The notes: generated by a model from the letters alone, not told the origin. DNA of 64,000 nucleotides from Candidatus Saccharimonadales bacterium (GCA_050730875.1 JBOHNX010000002.1:156805-220804), one strand, 5' to 3'. Shown: positions 9,407 to 19,956, counted from the stretch's first letter. Translations and numbers: made by a program.

Positions 9407-11401
9407 ATGAAAAAACGAAAAGATAGCTTTACCCTATTCAATCCTCTGACCGTGGTGATAGGGGCTGTCCTTTCACTGGTAGGCGTCTACTATAGTTTGA
9501 ACTTATTAGTTTTGCTCCTTTCGCTGGGTGCAGCATATTTCCTCTTGCGCCCTCTCCTGTACTCAACCACTTTCGACACGGTATTCGCCCGTCTTATTGC
9601 CAGCTTGATGCTCTATGTGGTCATCCTGCAGGCGGTAGTACTTACCTCTTGGTTAATCGACCATAACATGTCCTTGAGGGCCGTGCTGGATATAACTCTT
9701 GTTATCTTATACGTGTCACTTATTTGGAGATGGTTCACTGAGAAAAAGTGGTACATGGACCTCTCTGATGAGAGTGGCAGTAGAATTATTGGCAGGATAG
9801 ACGTAATCTGCATAACTGTAGCACTTGGCCTTATCTTGCTCGTCTTTCTAGGGCCAATCATTAAAAATGATAAGCTCTCTTCTGAGGTTGCGCTTAACTA
9901 CATCAACACAAGCCTCGATGACAGCAATCACCTCTCTCGTATCAATGACCGCCTACAGCTTGATCGCGGAGTCTTAGCGAATACAGATAAAGTTGAATAC
10001 GTCGTATTGGCAGAGTCAATAAGCTCGTACCCGCCGGGTTGGCACTCGGCAAATGCGATAATCATCGATTCGCTGTGGCCAAATATCAAAGTCGGGAGTC
10101 ATACCGTTGTAGCTTATGTTATTTCAAAGGCCTTCTGGCTATTTGTGCTAGCTTACTTATTCTGTAAAGCGATTTTTCATTTTTATAGGAAATATATCAA
10201 TGAGTCCTTTACTGGGTACGGCCTGGTCACGATTACCTGGCTTACTGGAGCAGCGGCCTTTTTTGCATACTACGCCTTGCTCGAGCAATTTCGAGAGGGA
10301 TTTTACAGTTTCATACCTCAGCTCATTTTTCTCTTGCTTGCCATGCTGCTTTTCACACAGAAAGAACTTACCTCCGAAAGATCTTCCGGCCGCACCTTTG
10401 TGGCGTTAATGCTTACAACCGTTGGCATTACACTTTCCTGGATCCTCGCACTACCGGCAATCAGTTTAGCCATCCTCGTTACATACCTTCTCTCTAGTAA
10501 TATCCGTGTTGTGGGTAAGAATATCACTAGAGTATCTACTCAGCTTGGACACTTCCTTCCACTCCTCCTGATCTCGGTGGCTGCGATTTTTGTACAGATT
10601 TATTTGATCGTAACCACCGACTACCGGTCCTTTTCAGAGGCCGTCAATGACCCTGGAGCAATCAGCCTACACAGTGACTGGTATTACGTGTTCTTGGTGG
10701 TTGGTATTGCGGCATTTTATCGACTTGCCATCGCACGGGCGAGTTACTTAAACGGGGTAACTGTGTTCTTACTGGGACTTCTGGGCTTTTCGTTATTTAT
10801 TTTTCTATTCCAAATGTACAGTATAGGCAAAATAGAATATTACAGCCTTAAAACTATAAACACTTTTGTTGTAGTATCCCTCCCACTGGCCATAGTCGGG
10901 ATTTATGCCTTGTTAGAGAGAGCGTCACAGGGATATTCCCGATTAACGCAAATCGCGATCACGCTGCTTACGTTGTTCAGCCTGCCGATCATCATCGGCG
11001 TTAACCCTACAAACACCTCGAACCTCGCCTACCTTGTAGGGCGCCGAGACCTAAGCTCGTCCGAAATCACCTATATTCACCACAGCCTGGATGAGCGCTC
11101 AAAAGTACCGGTAGAACATCGAACTCAAGATGTTATTTTTTATACTCCTGGTCGAGTTGGCCATAATATAGTTGCTTCGAATATATTGCGCTCAATTCAG
11201 CATATTGACACCTGTGATGACAAGGCATTTAGTGCCTTGTTGCAGGACTCACCTGATGCTTTAGTGAAATCGGTAAGCACGTGCGGCATTAAGGAAAGGG
11301 AACTTACTGTTGTGACGCAAAAAAAATATTACGAGGCAGTAAAAAGTCTCTTCTCCAACCCATCTTTTGCGGAAAAAGTACGAATTGTTGCGCTCGACTA
11401 G
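9407..11401 (+). CDS. Large polytopic membrane protein, candidate GT-C-type glycosyltransferase or polymerase (function inferred from context only)
   Basis: More than 12 predicted hydrophobic helices across 664 aa with a soluble C-terminal domain. Convergent with the GT2+GtrA pair. Confidence 0.45.
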   Translation: MKKRKDSFTLFNPLTVVIGAVLSLVGVYYSLNLLVLLLSLGAAYFLLRPLLYSTTFDTVFARLIASLMLYVVILQAVVLTSWLIDHNMSLRAVLDITLVILYVSLIWRWFTEKKWYMDLSDESGSRIIGRIDVICITVALGLILLVFLGPIIKNDKLSSEVALNYINTSLDDSNHLSRINDRLQLDRGVLANTDKVEYVVLAESISSYPPGWHSANAIIIDSLWPNIKVGSHTVVAYVISKAFWLFVLAYLFCKAIFHFYRKYINESFTGYGLVTITWLTGAAAFFAYYALLEQFREGFYSFIPQLIFLLLAMLLFTQKELTSERSSGRTFVALMLTTVGITLSWILALPAISLAILVTYLLSSNIRVVGKNITRVSTQLGHFLPLLLISVAAIFVQIYLIVTTDYRSFSEAVNDPGAISLHSDWYYVFLVVGIAAFYRLAIARASYLNGVTVFLLGLLGFSLFIFLFQMYSIGKIEYYSLKTINTFVVVSLPLAIVGIYALLERASQGYSRLTQIAITLLTLFSLPIIIGVNPTNTSNLAYLVGRRDLSSSEITYIHHSLDERSKVPVEHRTQDVIFYTPGRVGHNIVASNILRSIQHIDTCDDKAFSALLQDSPDALVKSVSTCGIKERELTVVTQKKYYEAVKSLFSNPSFAEKVRIVALD

Positions 11402-11421
11402 ATTTCAGTAAAAATACTCGG

Positions 11422-12153
11422 TTATTTTGAGAACAAATTGAACCGGATGATATCGTAGATCGCTTCTATTCCGTCCTTCAAACCAATCTTCTTGCCCTCC
11501 GATTTTGTCCTGCCGTAATACGAAATGCTTGTTTCACAAATACGAAGAGCTTCTTTCTCTTTTGCGATCATGGCAACTATCTCAGGGTTAAACCCAAACC
11601 TCTTTGATTGAAGCCGCGGGGCACGCGAGCGAATCCAGTCCCCGTCAAACATGATATAACAGGTATGTATATCGCTCACATACAGACCACTCAATACGGC
11701 AGACAGACGTGTCATGAATTTATTCGCAACCGTATTGGTCAAGTAAACAACCCTACGTGGCGCACCCCCAGAGAATCGTGAGCCGAGAACTACATCAGCT
11801 CTATCTTCTTTGAAAATATCGATAAGTTTTATGTAGTCTCGTGGGTCATACTCCCTGTCTGCATCTTGCACTATAACCAAATCACCGGTCGACTCGAGAA
11901 ACCCTCGTTTCAACGCAGCACCCTTACCCTGGTTGCGTTCTTGGTATATCGGCTTGATATTCTTGTGTTCTTTGGCAAGAGTGGCGATAATCTTGGCGGT
12001 ATTATCTTTTGAATGGTCGTCGACCATTATTATTTCTTTTTCTATACCTTGTAGATCAACTGCAAGGATTTCGTCGACAATATCCTGTAGTGTTGTCTCT
12101 TCGTTATAGCAAGGCATTACGATTGATAATTTTTCCACAAGTCTTTCCTTCAC
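11422..12153 (-). CDS. Glycosyltransferase family 2, polyprenyl-phosphate sugar synthase-like (GtrB/DPM1-like)
   Basis: IVMPCYNEE ... VDDHSKDNT ... QGKGAALKRG ... VQDADREYDP (DxD region). Confidence 0.85.
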   Translation of the reverse strand: MKERLVEKLSIVMPCYNEETTLQDIVDEILAVDLQGIEKEIIMVDDHSKDNTAKIIATLAKEHKNIKPIYQERNQGKGAALKRGFLESTGDLVIVQDADREYDPRDYIKLIDIFKEDRADVVLGSRFSGGAPRRVVYLTNTVANKFMTRLSAVLSGLYVSDIHTCYIMFDGDWIRSRAPRLQSKRFGFNPEIVAMIAKEKEALRICETSISYYGRTKSEGKKIGLKDGIEAIYDIIRFNLFSK

Positions 12154-12626
12154 CTATTTTCCCTTCTTTTGAATCTGAATATAAGCCTGTAGCCCAAGAA
12201 ATTTAGCATAAACGACGCCCCTACACTCATAACCTTTGCAATAAAGTTGAGAGTCAGATCATGTTCGGCGAAGAAGGAGATAGGTGAAAGAACAAACCGA
12301 ACCGCCACAATCACCGCCGACTGCACCACCCACGCATTGAACGCGGTTACACCGACAAAACCCACTATGCTGTATAGCCTATTCTGATCGGAACGAAATA
12401 CGAACTTGCGGTTCAGGACATAGCTCACACTCATGGTTATGCCTGTCGACATGGTGTTCGCTACAACAGGGTGCCAGTAAAGTATGTTGGCGAAAAAGAG
12501 AAAGAGAGTTATATCTAAAACTGTGTTGAACGAGCCGACGAAAAGAAACTTAACAAAACCCTGGCGTCGTTTTAAAAAAGCGGGCAAAGGTAATCTGCTC
12601 AGGTATCTTGCGTCAAAATTTTCCAT
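12150..12626 (-). CDS. GtrA-family small membrane protein (putative polyprenyl-P-sugar flippase component)
   Basis: 158 aa with four hydrophobic helices. FVGSFNTVLDITLFLFF ... YVLNRKFVFR is typical of GtrA-like proteins. 4-nt overlap with the downstream GT2 gene. Confidence 0.75.
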   Translation of the reverse strand: MENFDARYLSRLPLPAFLKRRQGFVKFLFVGSFNTVLDITLFLFFANILYWHPVVANTMSTGITMSVSYVLNRKFVFRSDQNRLYSIVGFVGVTAFNAWVVQSAVIVAVRFVLSPISFFAEHDLTLNFIAKVMSVGASFMLNFLGYRLIFRFKRRENR

Positions 12627-12761
12627 TACTTGTTTGCGGCCTTGTGCTTAATTATATCTGTGATAGTTCTTTTCTCCAATCACACAAGGCTGATGTCTGC
12701 AGCGCTCCGACTATTCTTCGTCTAGTCAATGTCGACTTGTATCTGTTATGATTACTATTAT

Positions 12762-13940
12762 ATGAGAAGAAATAAAACCATTTTTATCGATGGTCTTGGA
12801 TTAGTCGATGGTCATTTTAGCGGCGTCGGCCAGTACATACTCGGTATTCTTCAAGGTATGGATGAGTTGCTCGATGAACTCAAATCAGCTGGAGAACCTC
12901 ATCCTGATATATGTGTAATCATTCCTTACGACAAAGTAGAGCGTTTTCATGAATTCGGTTTCAAACACCTTCATTATCGGCGCTTCCCCGTCCCGTTTCG
13001 CTACATGGCAAAACTATGGCACCGCGGGCTATTACCCCCAATAGATTTGTGGTGTGGCAGAGGAAACTACATTTTTCCGCGCTTCGTCGATATGCCGCTG
13101 CTTTTTAGTCGTAATGTTGGGCTAGTGATTTTCGACCTCTCTTACGAGCTGCACCGTCAATATTCCGATGAAGGTAACGCAAAGTTTTTGTCCCGACGCG
13201 TAAAGCACTCCCTTAAACGCGCAAAACATATTATTACGATATCGGAAAACGCTAAAAAAGAGATTGTTGACTTTTATAACGTTAAGCCAAGCGATGTTCT
13301 CGTTGCTACTCCGGCCGTTAATCAACGACAACTTTACAGAAGGAGCGCCGACGAAATTGAACGGGTGAAGATGAAATACGGGATTAAGGCGAAACGATAC
13401 ATCCTGGCGCTCTCAAACCTAGAGCCGCGCAAGAACCTGCAAGCACTCGTTGACGCGTACTGTTGTCTACCAGAGACACAGCGCAAAGACACTGCCCTCT
13501 TGCTTGTCGGTGTAAGCGGCTGGAAGGCCGACGCCCTCTTTGAAGAAATTATCCAAAAAGTTTCCGAGGGGTACAATATCATCCGACCAAGCAAATACGT
13601 CTCGGACACAGACAAGGCTGCCATCATTTCCGGCGCATCACTTCTCGTCTATCCAAGCCATTATGAAGGGTTCGGCATGCCGCCGCTTGAGGCGCTTGCA
13701 TGTGGCGTGCCGGTTATTACATCTGACAACTCGTCCCTACCAGAAGTTGTTGCCGGGGTAGGTGAAATGGTAGACGTGTCACAGGGCAATGAACCTCTTC
13801 GAAAAAGTCTTGCAAACGCGGTAAAGAATCTCGATAGACTATCGCGCGACGCACTTACCAAAGGACCTGCCCGTGCAGCTGAATTCTCTTGGAAAAAGAG
13901 CGCTCAAGTATTTCTTGATGTGGTAAAGGATAGGCGGTGA
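12762..13940 (+). CDS. Glycosyltransferase family 4
   Basis: HYEGFGMPPLEALACGVPVITSDNSSLPEV. I prefer the ATG at 12762 (MRRNKTIFIDG...) to the one at 12729. Confidence 0.85.
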   Translation: MRRNKTIFIDGLGLVDGHFSGVGQYILGILQGMDELLDELKSAGEPHPDICVIIPYDKVERFHEFGFKHLHYRRFPVPFRYMAKLWHRGLLPPIDLWCGRGNYIFPRFVDMPLLFSRNVGLVIFDLSYELHRQYSDEGNAKFLSRRVKHSLKRAKHIITISENAKKEIVDFYNVKPSDVLVATPAVNQRQLYRRSADEIERVKMKYGIKAKRYILALSNLEPRKNLQALVDAYCCLPETQRKDTALLLVGVSGWKADALFEEIIQKVSEGYNIIRPSKYVSDTDKAAIISGASLLVYPSHYEGFGMPPLEALACGVPVITSDNSSLPEVVAGVGEMVDVSQGNEPLRKSLANAVKNLDRLSRDALTKGPARAAEFSWKKSAQVFLDVVKDRR

Positions 13941-15247
13941 TGAAAAAAACTATCGGTATCGATCTCACGCCAATCCAAGGCCCTCACCGTATGCGAGGAG
14001 TTGGCTCGGTTGTCGTCAACTTTATTCGACACATTCCACTTACCGAACGGAAGTCAAACCACTTCGTTTTCTACTTGTACGATAATGATATAGAGGAAGC
14101 CCTTCGGCTCGCCGGAATCGATGACTCATTCACCTACAGCCTCCGGATGGTTACAAAGCAAGAATCGTTGCCACCGAGCATCAAAACTCTCAAGGGTATG
14201 ATTTATGTCCCGTTGCGTATACTGCGTGCAGCAAAAATTTATCTTTACGGAAGTGACCGTTTGGGGGATGTTGGCGGCCTTGATGTTCTACTCCAGTTTG
14301 AGCAAGACGTATCGCCACCCCCTCCCAAAAAAATACCTACCGTCGTGATTGCCTACGATCTTATCCCGTACATCCTTGAAAGTGATTATCTATGGAGTTA
14401 TAAGACCGCCCGACAAAACCACCACTACTCGCGCCGGGGGGCGCTACTTGCCCAGCTTCGTCGCAGCCGTTATCTTATGGGCATTAAACGAGTTATGCAC
14501 CTTGCACATAAAATCATTGCGATTTCAGAACATACCCGGAATGACTTCATACGACTTGCTGGCGTTCCAGCCGATAAAATAGAAACTGTACATCTAGGTG
14601 TCGCTGAGCTCAAGGAAGATAAGGGAAACTCTTCCGCTTTTGGGACTGTCGATCGTTACGTCGCATCATTCTGGGGTGACGTCAAGATATCGTCTGATTT
14701 ACCAAGGCGGCCATTTCTTCTGTTCGTAGGCGGAGCTGATCCACGGCGAAAGCTCGCCGACCTTATTGCCGCCTTTAACTTACTCCGCGCTCAAGAAAAA
14801 GATGTTCGTCTTGTCCTTGCCGGCGACACCATGCTAGGCCCAAACTCTATTCCAAACCACGAAGCAGCACAAGCAATACAAAGCTCATCTTACAAGGATG
14901 ATATTTACTTCCTTGGCTTTGTGAGCGATGAGGTGCGCGAATGGCTTTATCGAAATGCGCTTGCATTTGTCTACCCAACCTTGTACGAGGGGTTTGGGTT
15001 ACCCATACTCGAAGCAATGCGCTACGGTACTCCTGTGATCACCTATGAGAACTCCTCGGTCAAGGAAATATCCGGTGACGCCGCGCTCTATGCAGAGCGT
15101 TTTACGGAAATAGCTGAACTCTCTGCGAAACTACTCAGCGATAAATCTAAGTTACGCAACGACATTAAGCGCCGCGGTATTGCCCACGTTGACAAATTTT
15201 CGTGGTCGAGCGCTGCGAAAAAGATGCTTGCATCCTTACAGAGCTAA
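13937..15247 (+). CDS. Glycosyltransferase family 4
   Basis: LYEGFGLPILEAMRYGTPVITYENSSVKEI. GTGATG overlap with the upstream GT gene. Confidence 0.85.
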   Translation: MMKKTIGIDLTPIQGPHRMRGVGSVVVNFIRHIPLTERKSNHFVFYLYDNDIEEALRLAGIDDSFTYSLRMVTKQESLPPSIKTLKGMIYVPLRILRAAKIYLYGSDRLGDVGGLDVLLQFEQDVSPPPPKKIPTVVIAYDLIPYILESDYLWSYKTARQNHHYSRRGALLAQLRRSRYLMGIKRVMHLAHKIIAISEHTRNDFIRLAGVPADKIETVHLGVAELKEDKGNSSAFGTVDRYVASFWGDVKISSDLPRRPFLLFVGGADPRRKLADLIAAFNLLRAQEKDVRLVLAGDTMLGPNSIPNHEAAQAIQSSSYKDDIYFLGFVSDEVREWLYRNALAFVYPTLYEGFGLPILEAMRYGTPVITYENSSVKEISGDAALYAERFTEIAELSAKLLSDKSKLRNDIKRRGIAHVDKFSWSSAAKKMLASLQS

Positions 15248-16498
15248 TCACCCCCTGAGTAGCTTGCGAATAATCTTCTTCGCTCTCTTGTTTATGATAA
15301 GCCCATCCACTGCTCGCTTAATCGGCTTTAGGCGGTAACTCCACTGGACTCTTTCAACAAGGCTTTTTTCTTCTTTCTTGAGGTGTCTGTACGGCTTCGC
15401 AAGCGCTTGAAGCATAGCTTTTTTAAACTGTTCTTTATTATCTCCAATGAATATATTTGGAAGCCTTACGTACTCCTCAAACCCATGGAAAGTATTGCTT
15501 GTTGCAATGATCTTCTTTTGGGCTAAGATGGCTTCAGCGGTTTTGAGGTTTGATCCACGCTTTGTTGTTATTGGAAGCAATATTTGATCACTACTGCGAA
15601 GTAATGCAGCCAGGCGTCCTTCTTCAAGTCTACCGACAGTTCTTACGCTCGCCCAGAACTTATCACGTGGATCACTAAACTTCGCATTAAAGTAGTCACT
15701 AACACCCCCCGCAATAATAATCTTTGAATCTTCTGGCAAGAATGTCGTGTCGTCGCCTATAAGTTCAAGGAAACCCTCCCAGTTTGGTGGATGCCCACTC
15801 CCAACAAAAACGAAGATCGAATTTATGCCCTCCCGCTCTTTGAACTTCTTCCAATACTCAAGGTCGTCATAAGGAGCGGTGCTATTTTCTATACCATTTG
15901 GCGCGATAGTGATACGCTTCGCGCCCATCTCTTTATGACTCTCGGCATCCTCGTGATTAACAGCAACAAGCAAACTCGCTTCGCGCGACAGCGCGAACTC
16001 TAAATCTTTGGTCTTTTGAATCAATTCATCCGATAGCTTTTTCGGTACATTCAACTCCTTGAATATCCTTGCCTTGAGAGGATATTCGATATTTTGGGAG
16101 CCAAATATTATTAGTGGCTTCAGCTTCAACTCCGCAAGCAGCTGCTTTAATCCAAGATACGCAAACGGCTGCTCAATGTGAATTATGTCTGGTCGAAATT
16201 CTACCAGTAACTTCGCTAAATAGCTTCTGACATGTATATCCTTATCAATGGCCTCACCGCATATCAACTCACTCGCGTAAGGATGTTTATCTACCTCAGC
16301 GATAATTTCCGGGTCACCGAGAGGTAAGTCGTCCTCTCCCCACGCGGGATATTGGCCCCTGTGAAAAACACTGGTAAACTTAACCGCCTGATAGTTTTTT
16401 GCATAAAAATCAAACAAAGCCTTAGCCCGCTTCTGCCCTCCATGCTGAGCATCGATTATAGGGTACGGTGCAATTATTAAGATTCTTATGTTTCGCAT
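15248..16498 (-). CDS. Glycosyltransferase (GT-B fold, GT4-like, divergent)
   Basis: N-terminus ILIIAPYPIIDAQHGGQKR and a C-terminal Rossmann-like half. Last gene of the minus-strand wzm-wzt-MT-MT operon. Confidence 0.6.
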   Translation of the reverse strand: MRNIRILIIAPYPIIDAQHGGQKRAKALFDFYAKNYQAVKFTSVFHRGQYPAWGEDDLPLGDPEIIAEVDKHPYASELICGEAIDKDIHVRSYLAKLLVEFRPDIIHIEQPFAYLGLKQLLAELKLKPLIIFGSQNIEYPLKARIFKELNVPKKLSDELIQKTKDLEFALSREASLLVAVNHEDAESHKEMGAKRITIAPNGIENSTAPYDDLEYWKKFKEREGINSIFVFVGSGHPPNWEGFLELIGDDTTFLPEDSKIIIAGGVSDYFNAKFSDPRDKFWASVRTVGRLEEGRLAALLRSSDQILLPITTKRGSNLKTAEAILAQKKIIATSNTFHGFEEYVRLPNIFIGDNKEQFKKAMLQALAKPYRHLKKEEKSLVERVQWSYRLKPIKRAVDGLIINKRAKKIIRKLLRG

Positions 16499-16573
16499 CT
16501 ATATCTATACCTGTATGCACAAGTATAACGATTTTTATATGATAATCATATCAGTAGTCAAACTCGCCGCCGC

Positions 16574-17823
16574 TTAGAGTGAAAAGGTAGAGAATTCTGG
16601 CGCAGGAAACACCATCACTCCACCCTTTTTCAGGTATTCCTTCTCCCGTTCAACAAAGGTGTCCCTAAAAAACCATGGCAGAACAAGAAGATAATCTGGT
16701 TGAGTGTCGCGCATTTCCTGTTCGGAACGAATTGGTATGTTCGTTCCGATCGTTCGCCTGCCCCATTTAAACTCCTGCTTTTCGGCTATTGCATCGATCA
16801 ACGAATTATCAATGCCGAACATTTGAAGCAAGGTGTTACCCTTGGTGCTTGCACCGTAGCCCCATATTGACTTACCCTCAGACTTTGCTTTTTTATAAAG
16901 CCGACTGTTTCTTGTTTGAGTTTAAGGATCTGTCTGTAAAAATCCTTATACGTTTCTGGATCGTTAAAGCCCACTTTTTCTTCCCACAGGAGTAGTGACT
17001 CAACGCGCACTTTACAGATATCGCGATCGGCGGGGGTTAGGTAGTTATCGGGAGCCGTTGGTTTTCGCAAATAGAGCCTAATCGAGCCACCGTTGACGTT
17101 ATTGAGTTCTACGTCCTTAACCACAAATCCAGCTTGATCCGCAAGCCATTTTAAAGAGGTTAGGTTGTAGTAGCAGAGGTGTTCGTGACAAATCACACCA
17201 AGCTCAGTCTGCATAATATTTGCTGGGGTATACGAAACCTGAAGAGTAAAAAGGCCGTCGTCTTCTAGTATTTCAAATACATCTTTCAGGAATTCAAGAG
17301 GGTTATCTACGTCATAGAAACACGCCGCACAGCTAATTCGTGACGCCTTAACGAAACCAGCATCCTTGAATGCTTTTGCTGAAAAATAATCACGGATATT
17401 TACGTCAGTATTCTCTTCTGCTTCTGGGTAGTCAGATGGGTCAATACCTACACGCGTATATTTCTTATTATCGACGGTTGAGAGTAGAAAGCCGTCATTT
17501 GATGCAATATCAAGATATATTTTTTTCGTGTCAGATTCAGGGATAGACTCGCATGTTTTTTCGGCTAAATCAGTGAGCGCGCTCCGCATCGCAGGATTAA
17601 CGGCGCTCCTATAATAGTACATACTGCCCCACATAAGAGAAGCGTCTGGCTGCTTAGTTAATTGCACCGCCTTGCTTACAGGGTCAAAGCCAAGAGCCAG
17701 CTCACATGGCGGACCCTTCGGCTCTTCACCTTCTTTCAAAAAGTCTGATACATAAAGATCACCAATACTAAAAAGGGGCTCCAGCGGAGCACCAGATACT
17801 ACGCTCTGTTTGTATTCCGTCAT
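16574..17823 (-). pseudogene. SAM-dependent methyltransferase with a C-methyltransferase-type C-terminal domain, split by a 1-nt frameshift in a homopolymer
   Basis: ORFs 16798-17823 and 16574-16831 are two halves of one gene. Reading through the T6 run at 16889-16894 (A6 on the coding strand) with one extra A gives ...FIKKAKSEGKSIWGYGASTKGNTLLQMFGIDNSLIDAIAEK..., a continuous family-like sequence. Confidence 0.8.
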
Positions 17824-17884
17824 ATTAATTCTATCCTATCAAATTCACACAGCACCAGCAATCTCAAGTGCTTCTGATATATTC

Positions 17885-18742
17885 TTATTTGTTTTTGGTT
17901 AATCTAGTCTTTATTTTTGAAGGCAGCAGCAACACTGTGCGCTTGAGCATCCCTTTAACACTCTGTAGTTCACGTTCAAGCTGTGATACAAGCTGCGCTT
18001 GCTCGCGGCTCTCCCTGTTAGCTTTTTCGATTAGGTCAAAGTCATCAGAAGCTATACCCCCCTTTAGGTTTGTTACGACATGATCAACATAATTAAACTT
18101 TGAGGCCCTATCTGTCATACGATCAACATAATACTCATTGAGTCCGTCAAAAAACACTTTTTCATATTTGTTTTTAACTAACAAGCTACGCCAATCTTTA
18201 ATAACATGATTCGCCTCAATACATATAACTTCTGGTCGAAATCGACTCCAGTCATTGCCGTTCAAGACCTCGTACTCAAAGCCTTCTACGTCAACTTTTA
18301 GAAACTGTATGGATTCTACTTCTTGCCTCGCCAGCAAATTACCGAGAGTTGAAGTGATGATAGGAATATCCTCAAACTCTTCGGTTTTATTGCCTTTGCT
18401 ATGTTCATAGTCATTTTTCATATCAGGGGAAAATGTCGTTAAACCGCGGTTATTAACATAGGCGCGCATCGTTGCTGTCGCTTCCTTGTCGGAAATAGCG
18501 ACGCTGATATTAGTATCACGTTTACGCTCGATATCAAAAAGTGCGCAAAGCTCCGTCTGTGGCTCAATATTTATACCTTTCCAGCCCTTGAGGTAAAACC
18601 GCTTTGTTACCGAAGCGACGTGAGGATGACACGCTCCTACATCAACGTAGAATCCCTTTTTAGTATCAGGAAAAAATGATTCAAGGATCAAGTCTTCTCG
18701 GTTTTGCGCATAGTAGATCCTCTCATCGGGTAGCTGGCTCAT
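17885..18742 (-). CDS. FkbM-family methyltransferase with a C-terminal coiled-coil tail
   Basis: FYVDVGACHPHVASVTKRFY ... FLKVDVEGFEYEVL (FkbM motifs). The C-terminus ESREQAQLVSQLERELQSVKGMLKR looks heptad-like. Confidence 0.8.
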   Translation of the reverse strand: MSQLPDERIYYAQNREDLILESFFPDTKKGFYVDVGACHPHVASVTKRFYLKGWKGINIEPQTELCALFDIERKRDTNISVAISDKEATATMRAYVNNRGLTTFSPDMKNDYEHSKGNKTEEFEDIPIITSTLGNLLARQEVESIQFLKVDVEGFEYEVLNGNDWSRFRPEVICIEANHVIKDWRSLLVKNKYEKVFFDGLNEYYVDRMTDRASKFNYVDHVVTNLKGGIASDDFDLIEKANRESREQAQLVSQLERELQSVKGMLKRTVLLLPSKIKTRLTKNK

Positions 18743-19956
18743 AGACCTCCTTTGTATATGAACTTAACAGGCGGGTTAACTATGTACGGGTTTTTAATTT
18801 CATTGCGCACAGTAAACGTCGCAGCGTTACCCCACCAATCAGCAACTTCGGTTATTGAGTCATACATAAGTACAAGTTCAATATACAACTTACCTTCATT
18901 AAATATATTAGGGAATTCCCAGCTAACAGTAATATCTGTATCCGCCCGAAGTGCTGTGACGTCCGCTCGGATAATATGCGAGTTTGTGCCTAGTATCGGT
19001 TGTCCTTTATCATTTGAAACCATAATGCCATATGTCGGATCGTCAATAGTCTCTTTTGCGTGGACGTTGGCCGTAACTAAAATACTTTTTCCGTAATCAA
19101 TCTGCTCCACCGAGACATCACTAAAGCTCGCCTTCCCATTGCCCCATCGTTTTGACCGTAAGTTCGGTTTTTGACCCGAATCATCACGAGCAAATAGTTG
19201 TGTATATTTTTTTGCAGACTCTTCGGCATCTCCTACTGCAATCACCTCACCTTGGTCAATCAGCGCCGCTCGATCGCAGTACTCCCGAACCGCGCTCATA
19301 TCATGACTCACAAAAACGACTGTTTTCTTTAATTTTTTTAACGTCTTGAAGTAATTAAAACACTTGCGTTGAAAATCAGCATCACCCACAGCGAGAACTT
19401 CGTCTATAAGTAAAATGTCCGAATCCCCCAGTATTGTTGCCACAGAAAACGCCAGACGAACCTGCATGCCGCTGGAATAGTTTTTTAATGACTGATCCAT
19501 GAACCGCTCGAGCTCGGCAAATTCAACGATTTTCTGGTACTTTTTGTCTACTTCTTTCGTCGAGAAACCCATCAAGGCACCACTCAGATACACATTATCG
19601 CGACCAGTTAGCTCCGGGTTAAAGCCGACGCCCAGCTCAATAAATGGAACGAGCTTGCCGCTATAGTGAACCTTTCCTTTGTTTGGCTTGTAGATACCCG
19701 CAATTATCTTCAGCAACGTACTCTTACCACTTCCGTTTTTGCCGACTATTCCAAAAAACTCACCTTCGTAAACATCAAAAGAGACATCCTGAAGAGCATG
19801 CTGTTTCTCTACCCCTTCCTTGAAGTCACTGGGTTTTCTCGCACGAAATGGGTTAACAAATGTACTCTTAATGGTTGAGGGTTGGTTATGATGGGGTAGC
19901 CTAAAATCTTTTGATACGTTCTTAATACTAATAGCAACTCTTTTTTTTTCAGGCAC
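18739..19956 (-). CDS. wzt: Polysaccharide/teichoic-acid ABC exporter ATP-binding protein with a Wzt_C-like C-terminal carbohydrate-binding domain
   Basis: Walker A GKNGSGKST, signature YSSGMQVRLAF, Walker B ILLIDEVLAVGD. About 140 aa of extra beta-rich C-terminus (RWGNGKASFSDVSV...GTNSHI...). Confidence 0.9.
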   Translation of the reverse strand: MPEKKRVAISIKNVSKDFRLPHHNQPSTIKSTFVNPFRARKPSDFKEGVEKQHALQDVSFDVYEGEFFGIVGKNGSGKSTLLKIIAGIYKPNKGKVHYSGKLVPFIELGVGFNPELTGRDNVYLSGALMGFSTKEVDKKYQKIVEFAELERFMDQSLKNYSSGMQVRLAFSVATILGDSDILLIDEVLAVGDADFQRKCFNYFKTLKKLKKTVVFVSHDMSAVREYCDRAALIDQGEVIAVGDAEESAKKYTQLFARDDSGQKPNLRSKRWGNGKASFSDVSVEQIDYGKSILVTANVHAKETIDDPTYGIMVSNDKGQPILGTNSHIIRADVTALRADTDITVSWEFPNIFNEGKLYIELVLMYDSITEVADWWGNAATFTVRNEIKNPYIVNPPVKFIYKGGL

